From Diadema antillarum (lineage: Eukaryota), in the NCBI RefSeq assembly GCF_040938485.1, contig NW_027270925.1, forward strand, positions 1,240,001 through 1,304,000: a stretch of DNA of 64,000 bases. Direction: 5' to 3'. Position 1 is the stretch's first letter, and every line of letters starts with the position of its first letter. Position numbers and translations under genes: made by a program. Below the pieces are notes generated by a model that worked only from the letters and a program-made list of their open reading frames with translations, was not told the DNA's origin and did not search any database. Of this stretch, positions 48,860-61,571 are shown piece after piece.

Positions 48860-49960
48860 ATGCATAGCATGGTATGCTTTCGGCGGACCCTCTGTTTCTT
48901 GATTGTGGGACTATGCGCAGTCTACTGCCTGATCACCTGGAGAGTAGTGGGAAAGAGTCGTTTTTCTGCGACCGGAAAGTTTCGTTCAGATGAAATCACA
49001 TTAAATCAACCAGTGACTCAGAAGGTGAGGCCTACACCAATGCAAGATGAGATTATACCAAGAAACGTTTCAACAACCAAAAACGTTCCAGGGTATCTTC
49101 TGGAGCCCGTTGATATCCAGGAGGTGGCTTACATTCACAACCCAGTAGACGCATGCAACAATCGACGAGATAACAAGAGTGAAGTTTTCATGATTATGTT
49201 CGTCATATCTTCTCCGCATAACTTTAAGCGTCGGGAACTTATTCGCAATTCGTACGGAAATGCGAATGTGTGGAAGTCAGCAGCGTCCAGGGAAACGGAA
49301 GTGAAAACAGTTTTCATGTTGGGATCGACTGCCAACGCTTCTGTGCAATCCATGATTGATCGCGAATCTGTTTTACACCAAGATATCGTCCAAGAAGATA
49401 TGATCGACGATTACAAAAAACTAACACGGAAGACGATAATGGGTCTGAAGTGGGTGACGAATTACTGTCCACAAGCAAAATTCACCATGAAATTGGACGA
49501 CGATGTAGTTGTTAACGTTGAACGAATTCTCAACATGTTATGGAAAGCGCCAAGGCAGAATTTTACTGCCGGGCAAGCTCTATTTGCCTCCCCAGTGGTT
49601 CGGGACAAAAACAGTGAGTTCGGGAAATTTTACCTTCCCGCAGAGTACTATCCGGAATCGATCTACCCACCTTACCTTACGGGTCAGGCATACATCATGT
49701 CTAAAGACCTGGTAGAGGCAACCTATAGGACCGCTTTGACCACCCCGCTCTTTCCTTGGGAAGATGTCTTCATTGGTATCTGCCTACAGAAGCTTGGGGT
49801 GAAACTAAGTAGAGACGCGTATTTTGTGTGTTTACATGGAAAGAACAACGTGTGCAATGATAAGAAAGAAAACTGGAAATCTTACGGGGTATTCTATGAT
49901 TTGTCTGAAGAACATATGACAAACGTGTGGTCTGTGTTTAATACGGTTGCACAGGGGTGA
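48860..49960 (+). CDS. GT31 family beta-1,3-galactosyltransferase-like protein, 366 aa, intronless CDS
   Basis: N-terminal type II TM (TLCFLIVGLCAVYCLITW); motifs RRELIRNSYG, DIVQED, KTIMGLKW, MKLDDD (DxD), YPPYLTGQAY, EDVFIG. Confidence 0.95.
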   Translation: MHSMVCFRRTLCFLIVGLCAVYCLITWRVVGKSRFSATGKFRSDEITLNQPVTQKVRPTPMQDEIIPRNVSTTKNVPGYLLEPVDIQEVAYIHNPVDACNNRRDNKSEVFMIMFVISSPHNFKRRELIRNSYGNANVWKSAASRETEVKTVFMLGSTANASVQSMIDRESVLHQDIVQEDMIDDYKKLTRKTIMGLKWVTNYCPQAKFTMKLDDDVVVNVERILNMLWKAPRQNFTAGQALFASPVVRDKNSEFGKFYLPAEYYPESIYPPYLTGQAYIMSKDLVEATYRTALTTPLFPWEDVFIGICLQKLGVKLSRDAYFVCLHGKNNVCNDKKENWKSYGVFYDLSEEHMTNVWSVFNTVAQG

Positions 49961-51667
49961 CACCCTGATTTAGGGATTTCCCCAGACGCGATGAGTCATG
50001 AGGCCCGAATAACCGTGGAGCTAAAGTTTACGTAGCTCCGTGGATAACCATGCCGCCTCAAGCACTTTTGTGTGAACTGGTAGGTCAAAATAATCAAAGC
50101 TTGCTATGCAAATTCGCATGTGTGTTGCAATTATGATGGTAACATTCCATTCTCACCTACCTTGATGATTATAACCTCCGAACTTACTGAAATTAGTGAT
50201 CTAGCACACAAAGTGAGTATCAAAAGTGTTGGCAATCATTCTGTTGATACAGTTACGTACATATAGCAGGTTTATGTCACGTCCTTTCGTTATTTTAGAT
50301 ATATAGGCCTATCCCGGCAAGGAAATGTAAAATTACCCAACCATCCTGATCCAACAGTCATGCAAAAGAAGAATGATTCGGTATGCATTCGTTCAAGTGT
50401 ATAAAGACTTGTTTGTAAGATGAACGCTACATGGGAGCATTTCAGGTTGTGGTAACATTTCAAATGATGGACTACGATATTCATTTCTGACATTGCAAAG
50501 TAATGTAGGTCTATATTACAGCAATCTTGACATACTCTATTGTAACAGCCATTCTATATCTTTTCTTAAAGACCTCAGATTTGCATTTCCAATCTTCAAA
50601 TACTTTGATAATGATATATATATTGCTTCACTCGAATTAACCAATAGTCTGCTTGTACACATTTATGTTCCCTTCAAATACAATAACTATCTGATTGGCC
50701 ACATAAGATGTAGTCACCGACGTTTCTCTTTCATTTCAATGTCGTCATATGGGGCTGCCGTTATTTTAGCCTCAACCTTTAATGAAGACACAAGAATTCT
50801 GAGGAATAGAAGCGCCTGCCTGCAGTAATTTCTTTTTCCTGGCTGGGCAAGTAGAGCGGAAGGGGAAGGTCATGGGATTAATGACTAAGTACGGCATTTT
50901 ATTCACTGAAGGAGGAAAGCCTTCGTTGATCACGGATTTATTGTATTCATTTTCACGTGTACACGTACAAAACTGCGTTTATACCTGTGCGCTCTTATTC
51001 TATGTATGTATGTATGTATACAGTATGTAATGGTGTATGTATATTATGTATGTATGTAATCAGCATAATCTCTATCAACACACGTCCTCTATCCACACAC
51101 GACACCCAACCACGTACTCAGTCAAACCAACCACACGCCACCGGAGGGCGTAATGACCAACACACAACTCATCATCAACATGTATGTATAACTTTTTGTA
51201 TTCTTATAAAGCCTAGGCGATTTTCAATGGTCAATCCAGTTGGAAATAAGAGAGAAGTAGAACAAGCCGTAATGTCCAGAAGTCGTTATCCAACTCAGGC
51301 GAACTACTTATCGAAAACGGTATACACCACCTGTATACTTTAAGCTTTGCCAGGAATACTTATGTATATAAAGTTATAACTACTAGACATAATCATAATG
51401 CATAACATACATAATCACAATGCATATTAGTAACAAGTTCTCTCTTGTTTATATTTCCATGTGAAATGCTTCTATTTTGTCATACTAATTTCTGTCACGC
51501 AAGTTGATGAATAAAAACAAACTGAAAGTGAAAGTGATCTGTACTCATCCGATTATATCACGTTTCTAACAACTCCGCGTGATGTATTCATTTATTATGA
51601 TTGTATCACGTGTATATACCATGGATGTATTACTGATACCCTGTATACATTCATTGCTGTGTCTCTG

Positions 51668-51854
51668 TAGTGGTACACTTCATTTACATCGAAGTCCTCG
51701 GGACCGGCGGATTTCTTTCGTTATATCGAAATTTCGTGAAAGCCGAACAGTAGAAGTGTACGAAGATTTTTGGTTGTAGGTTGGGATCTGAATCACTGCT
51801 TCGTTGGAACGAGAATTTCGTTATAACCGTGTTCGTTATAACGGGAGTGCACTG
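51668..51854. mobile_element. pogo/Tigger-like MITE remnant
   Basis: The right end reverse-complements to TA|CAGTGCACTCCCGTTATAACGAAC; internal ttcgttata repeats; left end degenerate. Confidence 0.55.
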
Positions 51855-51900
51855 TACAGACAATGTTATTGTCACCAGGGTACTTGTTCTGCGTTTTATC

Positions 51901-51941
51901 AATCCTGATGATGGCCTTATGTAAGGCCGAAAGCTCGAATT
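51901..51941 (+). ncRNA. Hammerhead-like motif / Penelope-type pLTR remnant
   Basis: aatc-CTGATGA-t-ggcctt(atgt)aaggcc-GAA-AGCT-C-gaatt; perfect stem II, bulged stem I, A-rich tail. Confidence 0.55.
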
Positions 51942-52030
51942 AAAAGAAAAAAAAAGAAAAAAAAGAAAGGAGAAGCTAAGTCGTGGTAGAAAATTATTTG
52001 TTATATGCCTATATGTATATATTATATATA

Positions 52031-52038
52031 TGTGTGTG

Positions 52039-52086
<48 letters not shown>
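52031..52086. repeat. (TG)n microsatellite
   Basis: Direct reading. Similar (TG)n tracts lie at ~12438, 19646, 26720, 34064 and 41352. Confidence 0.95.
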
Positions 52087-52087
<1 letters not shown>

Positions 52088-52243
52088 GAGTAAGTTGTCC
52101 ACGTGTTGGCGTAATAATATCATCAAAAACGAAATCGCTCGAAACTTTGTGTGCCGAAATAACCTGTTGGTGAATACAGCATGAACTTTGATTCAGATTT
52201 GTTTTTGGTAATATGTATGTCTATATATATATATATATATATA

Positions 52244-52689
52244 CAGGGCTCCACATTAACTTTTTTTTTGGTGGCCCGATGGGGCCACCAAAATTTTTTT
52301 TTTTTTTTTTCAAATTTTTGGTGGCCCGAGAGAAAAATTTGGTGGCCCGAAAAAAAAAGATAAAATAAAGTCCTTTTTTTTTAAATGAGTCAAATATTTA
52401 AGTTTTATCATAGTAAGAATTGGAAGCTGGACATAGTATCTACTCATAAATAAACCTCAACAAACTCGCAACACTCATTCTCAGGCATTCATTCAGTCCT
52501 TTTCATCCATCATTTAAATAGATTTAACTGCTAATTTCCGGCGCAAAAAGTTACGAATTTATTGACATACTTTTCAAACATTTTTGGTGGCCCGAGGCGG
52601 GCCACCAAATTTGCCCTTTTTTGAAATTTGGTGGCCCGACTTTCATTTTTGGTGGCCCCGGGCCACCGGGCCACCGTTAGTGTCGAGCC

Positions 52690-52692
<3 letters not shown>
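52244..52692. mobile_element. hAT-like MITE inserted in a (TA)n tract
   Basis: TIR CAGGGCTCCACATTAAC vs reverse complement CAGGGCTCGACACTAAC; many internal GGTGGCCC/GGGCCACC repeats. Confidence 0.8.
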
Positions 52693-52737
<45 letters not shown>

Positions 52738-55700
52738 CACAGTGTTTGTGTGTCTGTGTTTGCTATATGCATTTACGCATGCACACTACAGCTTTGATCA
52801 ATCAAAGGGTACCAAATATCCAACACAAAAATCGGCATAAATAATCACTTGACATTACAATCAATATGAGGCTATTAATGTGCAGCAATACGAGGGAATT
52901 AAACGAAATGGGAATGAAAGTATCAATCTAATGACAAAGATATCACGATGAATAATCATGAGCAATGTTACGAGACAAGACAGCACTTTACAAAACTCAC
53001 AATACTTGACAAATTGGAGAGGAGGCTATGACGCGAACACCTCACAGCGCTTTCGCTGGAGGGTTTAGAAATGATTATAAGTTAACCCACATTTTCATCA
53101 CCTGTCCATGGATTTGTGTGTGAGATTCGTGCACATTTCACTCATTGGCACAGAAAAGGTTAAGATACATTTTCTTGATTAGGGATCAACTAAACGTACA
53201 ATTCTTTTCCTTTTCTATCTCTCATTATCATCTTGGCATATTCTGACAAGAAAGAAAAATTGATTTAATAAGATTTTATTTCTATTAGAAATGGCCGGTC
53301 CATGGGAGACTTGTTACGACAGTAAATCATCACCCCCCCCCCCCCCCCCCCATTGATTTCCATGTGGGCATTTCCACAGTAAAAGGGTACTTTTCAGATA
53401 TGTCTCTGTTTCCAATGTCCACTTCTCCCCTCCCAATGCATTCTGATCATCTAGAACAATTTAATGAGATAAGTTTGCCCCAGAATTGCTTCAGACAAGC
53501 AACCTATCAAAATTTATGCCAAAATGAAAAAAAAAAAAATTGAGTGAACGCGTGTAACGCTGGACACAAATCTAGGGGCCTACATAGCAAGCATAAAGTC
53601 AAATTATGAATGCTCATTGAAACATTGTTTATTTTTTCAATTAAATGGCTTAATTTTGATGGGAGAAGATATTTACAGCTGCAAAAGTATATTGAACATT
53701 GTGTTCTTTACCATTTCCAGACCAACTTGTCACATTTTGGTCTGTCCATGTTATGAGCGTTCACCATTTAGTCTATAAAAAAATGCATATTACGCTGTTA
53801 CGAAAATGATCTTTCAAGAGGTTGACCATGACTAATATTTTGTTTTTATACCTACTGTGACAGCCTATTCCTTGCATGCACCTGTCTTCTGTCCTGTTGT
53901 ATAATTAGTTGCGTAAGCAGACATTGGGTTCACGCCTCTCTGTGCCACTATTATAGAGCTATTTATGATGCATAGTAGTTATTTTCGTACGGAAACCCAT
54001 ACAAGAGGCGCGAAGGCAGCATCCTGTGAAAGTCCTCCGAGGTGCCTCATTTAATGCAAGGAAACCCTGTTATCAGTCATTCACACTTCGCTTGGTCATG
54101 ACCCTTTTCAACAAACAAGCTGAAAACCGAATGCATGGCGTACGTGTAATAACCCATCCTACATAATTTCAATGTTGCTGGTTGTGCCCTTGGAGAAGGC
54201 TCTGTCTTGATACAGTCTCCGGGATCACACCCCGATTCTCGTGATTCTCGGCTGCTCCTATTTATAGGAGCCAGGTTAAACCATCAACCACGGACATCCT
54301 CCCATGTCATCACAGCGTGCGGGCAGACGTTCACAGAGGGCTCAAGGGTTCGTATACGCGCCTTCATAGAGGGCGGTATAGCTCGCAAACCGAAGACATT
54401 TTCACATCACTACTCCAAATCAGGAGATCGATGGGCCCTGTGAACTATTGACAGCTGAGAATGAGCAGCAACAGCACCTGAATCCATGCAGCAAATGTTA
54501 CTCAATAGAGGGTTTTATAGCAGCAGCGCCTGACGCACTGCTGCCAACGTTCGTTCAAGACACTTGCTCTTGTTCTGTGTGGTGTAATGTTATTGCGAGG
54601 CTCTGCACACTAAATAGTGAAAGCACTGTTACATATGCACGACTATGGAACTCACCATATAAAACGTCGGCGCCTAGGTATACCTCTAAAGGTAAGCGAC
54701 AATATTCCATTCGATCTTATAGGCAAAAAATTCATACAAATTAATTGGTATGGAAACTGATTTTGTTTATATGTACGAAAACTTAAGTTGTGTATCAATA
54801 TTCATTTTCATTGTTATTGTTTAATGAACGTAATGCAGACTTAAACGAGATCAAAACACAAACATAAATGTGTATTGACTGAAAGTGGCAATAAAGATAG
54901 AAAAATAATCTATTCAAAAGTTTCGGTGCTGTGATATTCATAACGTCGCCGTATAAAGCAAATATAGATAAAACTCAAAGTATTTCTACTCTTCTAGCGA
55001 AATAAAAGAGCACTTCACTTACCTCTTTCAGAAAGCAGGTGCATAGAATAATGCTACCCTAAATACAGTAATACGTCGATAAGAATTTTGTGGAATTTTC
55101 ATGTTTTCTTGATGATTGTTTGTCACTAATGACGTCATGAACTACAGTCTTATTATCAAGCGACAACGGCACAACTTTAAAATCCATCATTTTTTAATCG
55201 ATTGTCCGATTTTCTTCAAATTTCCACAAATTGGTAACATTCATATTGCTGCTTTCAGTCAATCCACTTCTAAATTTTTCGGTTTTGACTTCCTATCAAC
55301 GTGTAGTGTGGTTAAATGATAATATCAGAACTCTTAAAGAACTTAATTAATGTGATTTTGCTTTATGATAATTGGAAGAGCTACTTTATGTCAGTATATG
55401 CCGTTTATGATGCCTCAGAGTTTTCACACGTGATAGCTGCTTTACCCTTGCAAAAATGAATTCAGACAAATTTGTGCACTTCTGGGTAAAATTGGGGAAG
55501 CAAAATATTTCTCTAATACAGCGTTGAAATATTCGTTTTCCACCTGATTTTCAATTAGATAGTCGATGACTTGTGGAATCGACTCCGCATTCAACAAATA
55601 AACAAAACATTTTGGTGTGCCATTGTTTGATATTTAACATATCATTAAATAGTTGTGGGTTCCTTAATCAGTTGGGGAAAAATCAGTTGAAAAAAAGATT

Positions 55701-57748
55701 AACTTTCACCATATACACGTGTGATTTTTCTCTCACGGCCGTTTATTTTTGCTCTTCAATACCCATAGATGGCAATCAAGTCTCACCTGGACTGTTATTT
55801 CCTTTTACCTTGTCATGTTACATTTCCAATTCATTCGCGTCTTGCAAGCGTTAAATAGTTGGATGCTTATATTTTCCACGGTTTTTGTATCACGATTCGT
55901 AACCAAAAGACTTGTAAAAAAAGCAACAACTTCTGGGATCACTCTCTAGAGAGAGATAGTTATTCGGTGTCAAAACGACGGATTTTAAGGCCTAATTGAA
56001 TTCACCAGTACTTGAGCCAGAAATCGTCGATGTCAAGTGAGGTATAAACAATGATGTTTATCTGGCACTATTTCCACGAAAGTCAGCCTTGATTATATCA
56101 CACGTGAGGCTCAGCCATACCCTGGACACAATCCAGAAAAGCATCTCATTGAGGAAAGATTCATCACATTCGTACTGCATGTATAAAATAATACAAAGGA
56201 GATGCATGTGAATGGCGATTCTTTTTTTCAATTTTATTAGTCCCACGTAGTGCATACATTTTTGATAATATTTTTCTTCATCAAATGGAATGAAGAGGTT
56301 ATCTTATCACATCTGATTTGAAGAAGCCTTTCATATTGATATACTTAATGACATGATATTTTATTATCATTTTTAAAGGAGAAGCGTAGAATATTGTTTT
56401 AATCGAATTTAACTACATGAATCGTATATTATTATCATTATTATTATCATCATCATTATCATCAGCATCATCATACATCATCGTTATTGTTATCATTTTT
56501 ACTATATTATCATCATTACATTTACCAGAATATCTATCTATCTAGTAACAAAAAGGCCTTTCAAGCACCCATTCTTGGTAAAAATGTGAGATTTGAAATG
56601 CGCCTTCTTGATACGACTAATACGGCAACATTTTCATTCGTCATCATGCTGAGAAAGCTGCATTGAAAACATCACTTCCGCCGTACCAGTCAAGATAGCT
56701 TTCCACATAAACCGACCTGCTTTATTAGTCACTCAGCAGTGGACGCGTAGTCACCAATACATGTAATAGAAAGGACTGCAAAGCCTTGGTTTAGTGTTCT
56801 TTGTGGTCACCAACACGCTCATGACATCATGTTATGTTCAATCTAGCTCATCTCCTGCCTACATTATCCATCCAGATATTTTCCTCGGAAATGAACAATC
56901 AGTACGTGATCATTATGAGCGTCCCAATTCTGACCCGGCGAGGTGCCTGTGCAACGATGAACAGGGCAATTAGTATGCAAATAAATAGGAGGCATAGGAG
57001 GGAAAAACAAAAGAATTACTTTGATACGCAATATATGTTTCATTTCACTTTTTGTATGTCGACAATGTTCATGAATTCATTTCTGCTAACAACTCACCAT
57101 ATCTCCTCTCTTTTCTCTTGTCGTCATAAGAAGTTTGTTGTACTTTCTTCGACAAAATTACTAATCGTATTTGCTGTGAAGTTGATTGAAATGGAGAGAT
57201 AGGCTGTGTTTCTTTTTTGACATTACAGAAATTTATAATCCTTTTCAATTTCCATTTCAGATCGTCGGCTCCCCATCTTTTATGGAGGATTCGTTCCATC
57301 CAGACAATCGGAGTAGGTAGCCAGCGTTGGCGAAGACTGTATCGGATTACTACTCTAAAGATCTTAGAAAAGGCATCACCAAACTGATCGTCATCCAACT
57401 GGGATTGCAAAAACAACAGAATGAAATTTACTCAACTTCCGTCGTATTCTCTCCTTCTTTATTGACTGCAAATTAACACTCTTGATAAGCACGAGACGAA
57501 TCTCAAAGTAAGACGTCAGGTTTCCGCCGCGGTTGACGCTTTACAATATCTTTATACATTTTGAGTCCTGCAAGCATCGACTTCCAAGAGTGTTATCAAC
57601 ATGGCGCTTTTGATGTGCAGTCAAATTGTACATCACTATGCTTTGGAGGTCATGGAATGATGCATTATTCCCTGGAAATTCATAGCCGGCAGGGTAAAAT
57701 GATAGCTTGTTCTTTTCATCGTGCAACGGCTGAACCAAGTGAGCAGAG

Positions 57749-58984
57749 ATGAGACTACGACTAAGGCTGAGAAAATGGAAGCCCAAAACATCGCAAGTCG
57801 CCTTTATCTCCCTCTTCACTTGCATTGTATTGTATGGGTCGACGAGAGTGCGAGAAGTAGCTCAATCAAAGCGGACTCAATCCGACCCGCTAAGCCGGCG
57901 GGTTAGCCGTTACCTCATCCTGTCTTCCGACTCACAAGGAACTCAAAGCGAACTCCACAGGAATTCGTATAATGGTCGTGTGCACGAAAGGAAGGACCGC
58001 ACAGACAACTTCTTTCTGAAATACACAAAATCAGTTAAGACAGTAAGGGGCAATGGCTCTCAAAAGCGTAAAGGCAAATACCTTTCGGAACGAATAGATC
58101 CACATGAATATACATATCTGAATAGCCCGTCAAATGTATGCAGTGATGAGTTAGGGAATGCAATCCATGTGCAATTACTGATATTTGTGATATCATCCCC
58201 AGATCACTTGAAACGGCGAGATTACATTCGTGTGACGTATGGAAATGCCGAGACGTGGGAATTTGGCAACCGTAGTATAGCACGGACGGTGTTCATGCTT
58301 GGAGCCACCTCGGACCCACTGCTACAGGCAAAGATTGATGACGAGGCCCGCATGTACAAAGACATCGTTCAAGAGAGTTTTGTTGATTCTTACCTAAATC
58401 TTACACGGAAAACTGTGATGGGGTTAAAATGGGTGAGCACATATTGTCGACATGCTCGTTTCACCATCAAAGTTGATGACGATTCCATGATCAACAAAGC
58501 TCGCATCTTAGATTTCATATTCAATGCTCCTTCAACCGACTTCATGGTCGGAAACGTCAATATAAACATGCCCGTAATGAGAAAGAAGAGTGGCGAGTTT
58601 GCAAAGTACTACTTGTCTGAGGATTTTTACCCTGAAGCAATTTATCCGCCCTACATCTCGGGCAACGCATACATGATGTCCACTGATTTGGCGGAAGCTA
58701 TCTACCGCACGGCGCTCGTCACCCCGCTCTTCCCGTGGGAGGACGTGTTTGTCGGCATGTGTCTTCAAAAGATGGGAACCAGACTAGTGCATGATGAATA
58801 CTTCCTGTGTTCGCTCCTAGGGCCAAGGCCTGCCGGTTGCTCCGACAACCAGTGGATCAGATATGCAGTGTTCATGGACCTAGACACTGATCACATGATG
58901 CGAGTTTGGGTGGAGAGCAGTATCTACGCAGACAAACTATTAACTTCACTGCCTGCCTTAGAAAACTTAGAAAACATCTATTAG
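57749..58984 (+). CDS. GT31 family beta-1,3-galactosyltransferase-like protein, 411 aa, intronless CDS
   Basis: N-terminal TM (VAFISLFTCIVLY); motifs RRDYIRVTYG, DIVQESFVDSYLNLTRK, IKVDDD, YPPYISGNAY, EDVFVG. Confidence 0.95.
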   Translation: MRLRLRLRKWKPKTSQVAFISLFTCIVLYGSTRVREVAQSKRTQSDPLSRRVSRYLILSSDSQGTQSELHRNSYNGRVHERKDRTDNFFLKYTKSVKTVRGNGSQKRKGKYLSERIDPHEYTYLNSPSNVCSDELGNAIHVQLLIFVISSPDHLKRRDYIRVTYGNAETWEFGNRSIARTVFMLGATSDPLLQAKIDDEARMYKDIVQESFVDSYLNLTRKTVMGLKWVSTYCRHARFTIKVDDDSMINKARILDFIFNAPSTDFMVGNVNINMPVMRKKSGEFAKYYLSEDFYPEAIYPPYISGNAYMMSTDLAEAIYRTALVTPLFPWEDVFVGMCLQKMGTRLVHDEYFLCSLLGPRPAGCSDNQWIRYAVFMDLDTDHMMRVWVESSIYADKLLTSLPALENLENIY

Positions 58985-59438
58985 CCAGTGAACAGTGAAA
59001 AGCACCTTTTGATATCTATGGTCCTACATATCCGCACTGATAAACTGATGTCACCTCAAGTTCATTGCTTGTTTGTCTGTTTTGTTTTGCTTTGTTTTGT
59101 TTTGTTTTTATAAAGTGAATGAATTTGCAAGTACCAGTTTACTGCCTGGGAAGGGCAATGATCAGATTCCGCAAATGAGCCATAATGAATTATTCCTTCT
59201 TTTTGGCACGGTGGTGGGTGGTGAAGTCAGTAATATGTGACAGGGAAGCATAAAGTTAGTCGTCTTGTTCCCGATTTAGGAGACGTTGATGACTAATCCT
59301 GAAGCGAATTCCCACGGCGTCTATAAATGGCGAGTCGGGAGCATGACGTGTACTGTCAAACTGGTGACTAGGAAATCGCTGGGGATAAATCCAGGGCGAC
59401 GGAAAATCCTGATTTTTGTGCGATTTCGGTCAATCATA

Positions 59439-59690
59439 CACTGTAAGAAGACTGGTTCAATTTTGCACCTTTACGTGCGGCACCTATTGTAGCAACTCTC
59501 TACGGGTGCAATTTTGCATCTTTCAAACCAGACAGTGTGCGATGCTAGTATACACTATTCTGACCAGAAAGGTGTAAAGTTGCACCTTTAGAGGTGCTCA
59601 ATGTTTTAAAAGGTGCCAAGTTACACCCGAAAAGGTGCTACAATTGTGTCACACGTGAATGTGCAAAGTTGAACATATTTTCTTAGAGCG
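59439..59690. mobile_element. CACTA/EnSpm-like MITE, TA target duplication
   Basis: TA|CACTGTAAGAAGACTGGTTCAATTTTGCAC vs reverse complement CGCTCTAAGAAAATATGTTCAACTTTGCAC|TA; repeated aaggtgc/ttgcacc subterminal motifs. Confidence 0.65.
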
Positions 59691-61557
59691 TAATATCATT
59701 AAGGTTAAGAGTTAAGCCGCTCTAAGTCGAGCTTCTACGGTGTATGGACCAATTTTCATTGTTGCCTCTGCTTTGTCTTTTCTTTTTCAGTTCGAACTTC
59801 GTGTAAAATTATACATTACTGTGTATGAATGAGTACCATACAACTTGCTGCAATTTTCCTTTAACTACTGAAATACGCCATGCTTAAGTATATATTTTGG
59901 AATAGTCTACATGTATCATGTAAAGTTTGTGGTAATTTCCACGCAACATACGCAATATTTTGTAATAAACTGATTGCAGTTTTATAGCAAAATGTTTCTG
60001 ACATTTAACCTTGTTTTCCTTTGTTCTCTATCTTTTTATCTCATGCTTCATTATGTCCATAACTTTTTCAAGTTGCATTGCTTTTGTTTTGAGTGTTTTA
60101 TTGTACCAGTCAGATCATATCTCTTTGGGTATCATTGCTTCAATGTTGTTCAATGTTGCAGATTACTCGTAAACTCGTGGAATGGCTCCTATGAAATCAA
60201 GAGTAAATTTTGTATATCATTGTGAATGTTCGTCAAAGGAAAGGAAAGAACTGTGGTAAGGCCAGAGGTTACTTTCTGCAACCCATCAAAGTCGTGCTGC
60301 AAGCTTCATCATCAAAATGATTGCAGCTTTTAAAACAAATCTCTTCAGAGAGACGAAGTAACAGGAAAATTTCAACTGAAACGGGTAGCAAATGGTTGAT
60401 ATAACTTAATTTTGCCGCTAATCTGCCTCCAAAAAAAAATCACCTTTGGTCTTGACATTCGTTGATTTGATTTTTTTTTTATAAATGATGTAACTTGAGA
60501 TTCAAATAAATAGGGAATATTTCAATTGATAGCAATTTTTCATTGATACTAATATCAACACAATTTTTAGCAGGTAAAAAAATACCAGTGCATATAAATC
60601 ATTGGCATCTATACACGTGAATAAGATAAAAAAGAACTCTTTTTTTTTGGGGGGGGGGGAGCAAAGCATTTCATTACAAACCATTGTGAGCATGATTATA
60701 TTACTTGAATGTTACAAGTCGTATGGATGACTTTGCCAATTTTGAGCTTTCCTTTTACTGGATTATATACGGTTATATATGATCACATTGAGTATTTCTG
60801 ATTGGCATGGAATAAGGATAAACATTTTGCTAACAGTAACAACAAAACAGATAAACGAACACAAGCACTGACAAGGTAGGCGGTTTTTGTTTTTCTTTTC
60901 TCTCGTGTAAATTAGCAATTTTCGAATATGTTTCCCCAAATTTACATTTCGAAACGCAGACCTTCTCATGTTACCCTCATCTTCAGGGATAGGATAAAAA
61001 TGGCAATGACAAAACACAATGGCACTACAAATATGCACCTACGACCAACTGACGAACTTGCCGTCATGACAAATAAAAGAAAGATAAAGCCGGTGCTCAT
61101 ATCAAAGCCATGTAAACGTTACGAATGCCCAACGGAAAGAATCACATCGCAGTACAACATTAAGAAGTTTGGGTAACTCTTCGTCGTTGATTTCTGCACA
61201 GAGTATAAGTACGCCCAGTCATTTCCCCTTACTTCCACTATTGCAGTAGCATGCACAAACAAGCTTGCACAGTGCGGCGCAATAGCTACAACGTTCTCAG
61301 AATGCGTATCGGCATCTTTCTTGACAACGCTAGACATCATGACATCTAAATTCTCTTGGGTCTGCACATTTATCATTGGCAAAGATAGCATCACGGAACA
61401 AGTAGACAGGAAAGAGGATAATTGCAATGCGGGTGCGATGACTTTTATTTTTTAACCCCGTGCACCGGAAATACTGCAACATTTTGATACAGTTCTGAAT
61501 TCGAGAGGGGCTAGTAGCTCGCCGTGAAGTAGGGATGTGTCTCAAGTTTCTGAAAGT

Positions 61558-61571
61558 GTTCCCATAGCAAC
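61558..61571. promoter_or_regulatory. RFX X-box
   Basis: GTTCCCATAGCAAC matches the X-box consensus GTTNCC(N)RGYAAC; an ETS-like GGAAGT follows 4 bp later. Confidence 0.45.

Noticed and set aside
54258-54267. CTATTTATAG MEF2/TATA-like motif
   Set aside because: A single short AT-rich motif with no linked gene is expected by chance in this composition.
60940-60992. Minus-strand CTGAAGA...GAAA spacing
   Set aside because: No convincing stem II, stem III or UH site.
61119-61545. Minus-strand ORFs (102 and 71 aa) near the X-box
   Set aside because: No recognisable domain and non-ATG starts. There is only a single plausible donor site, which is insufficient for a CDS call.
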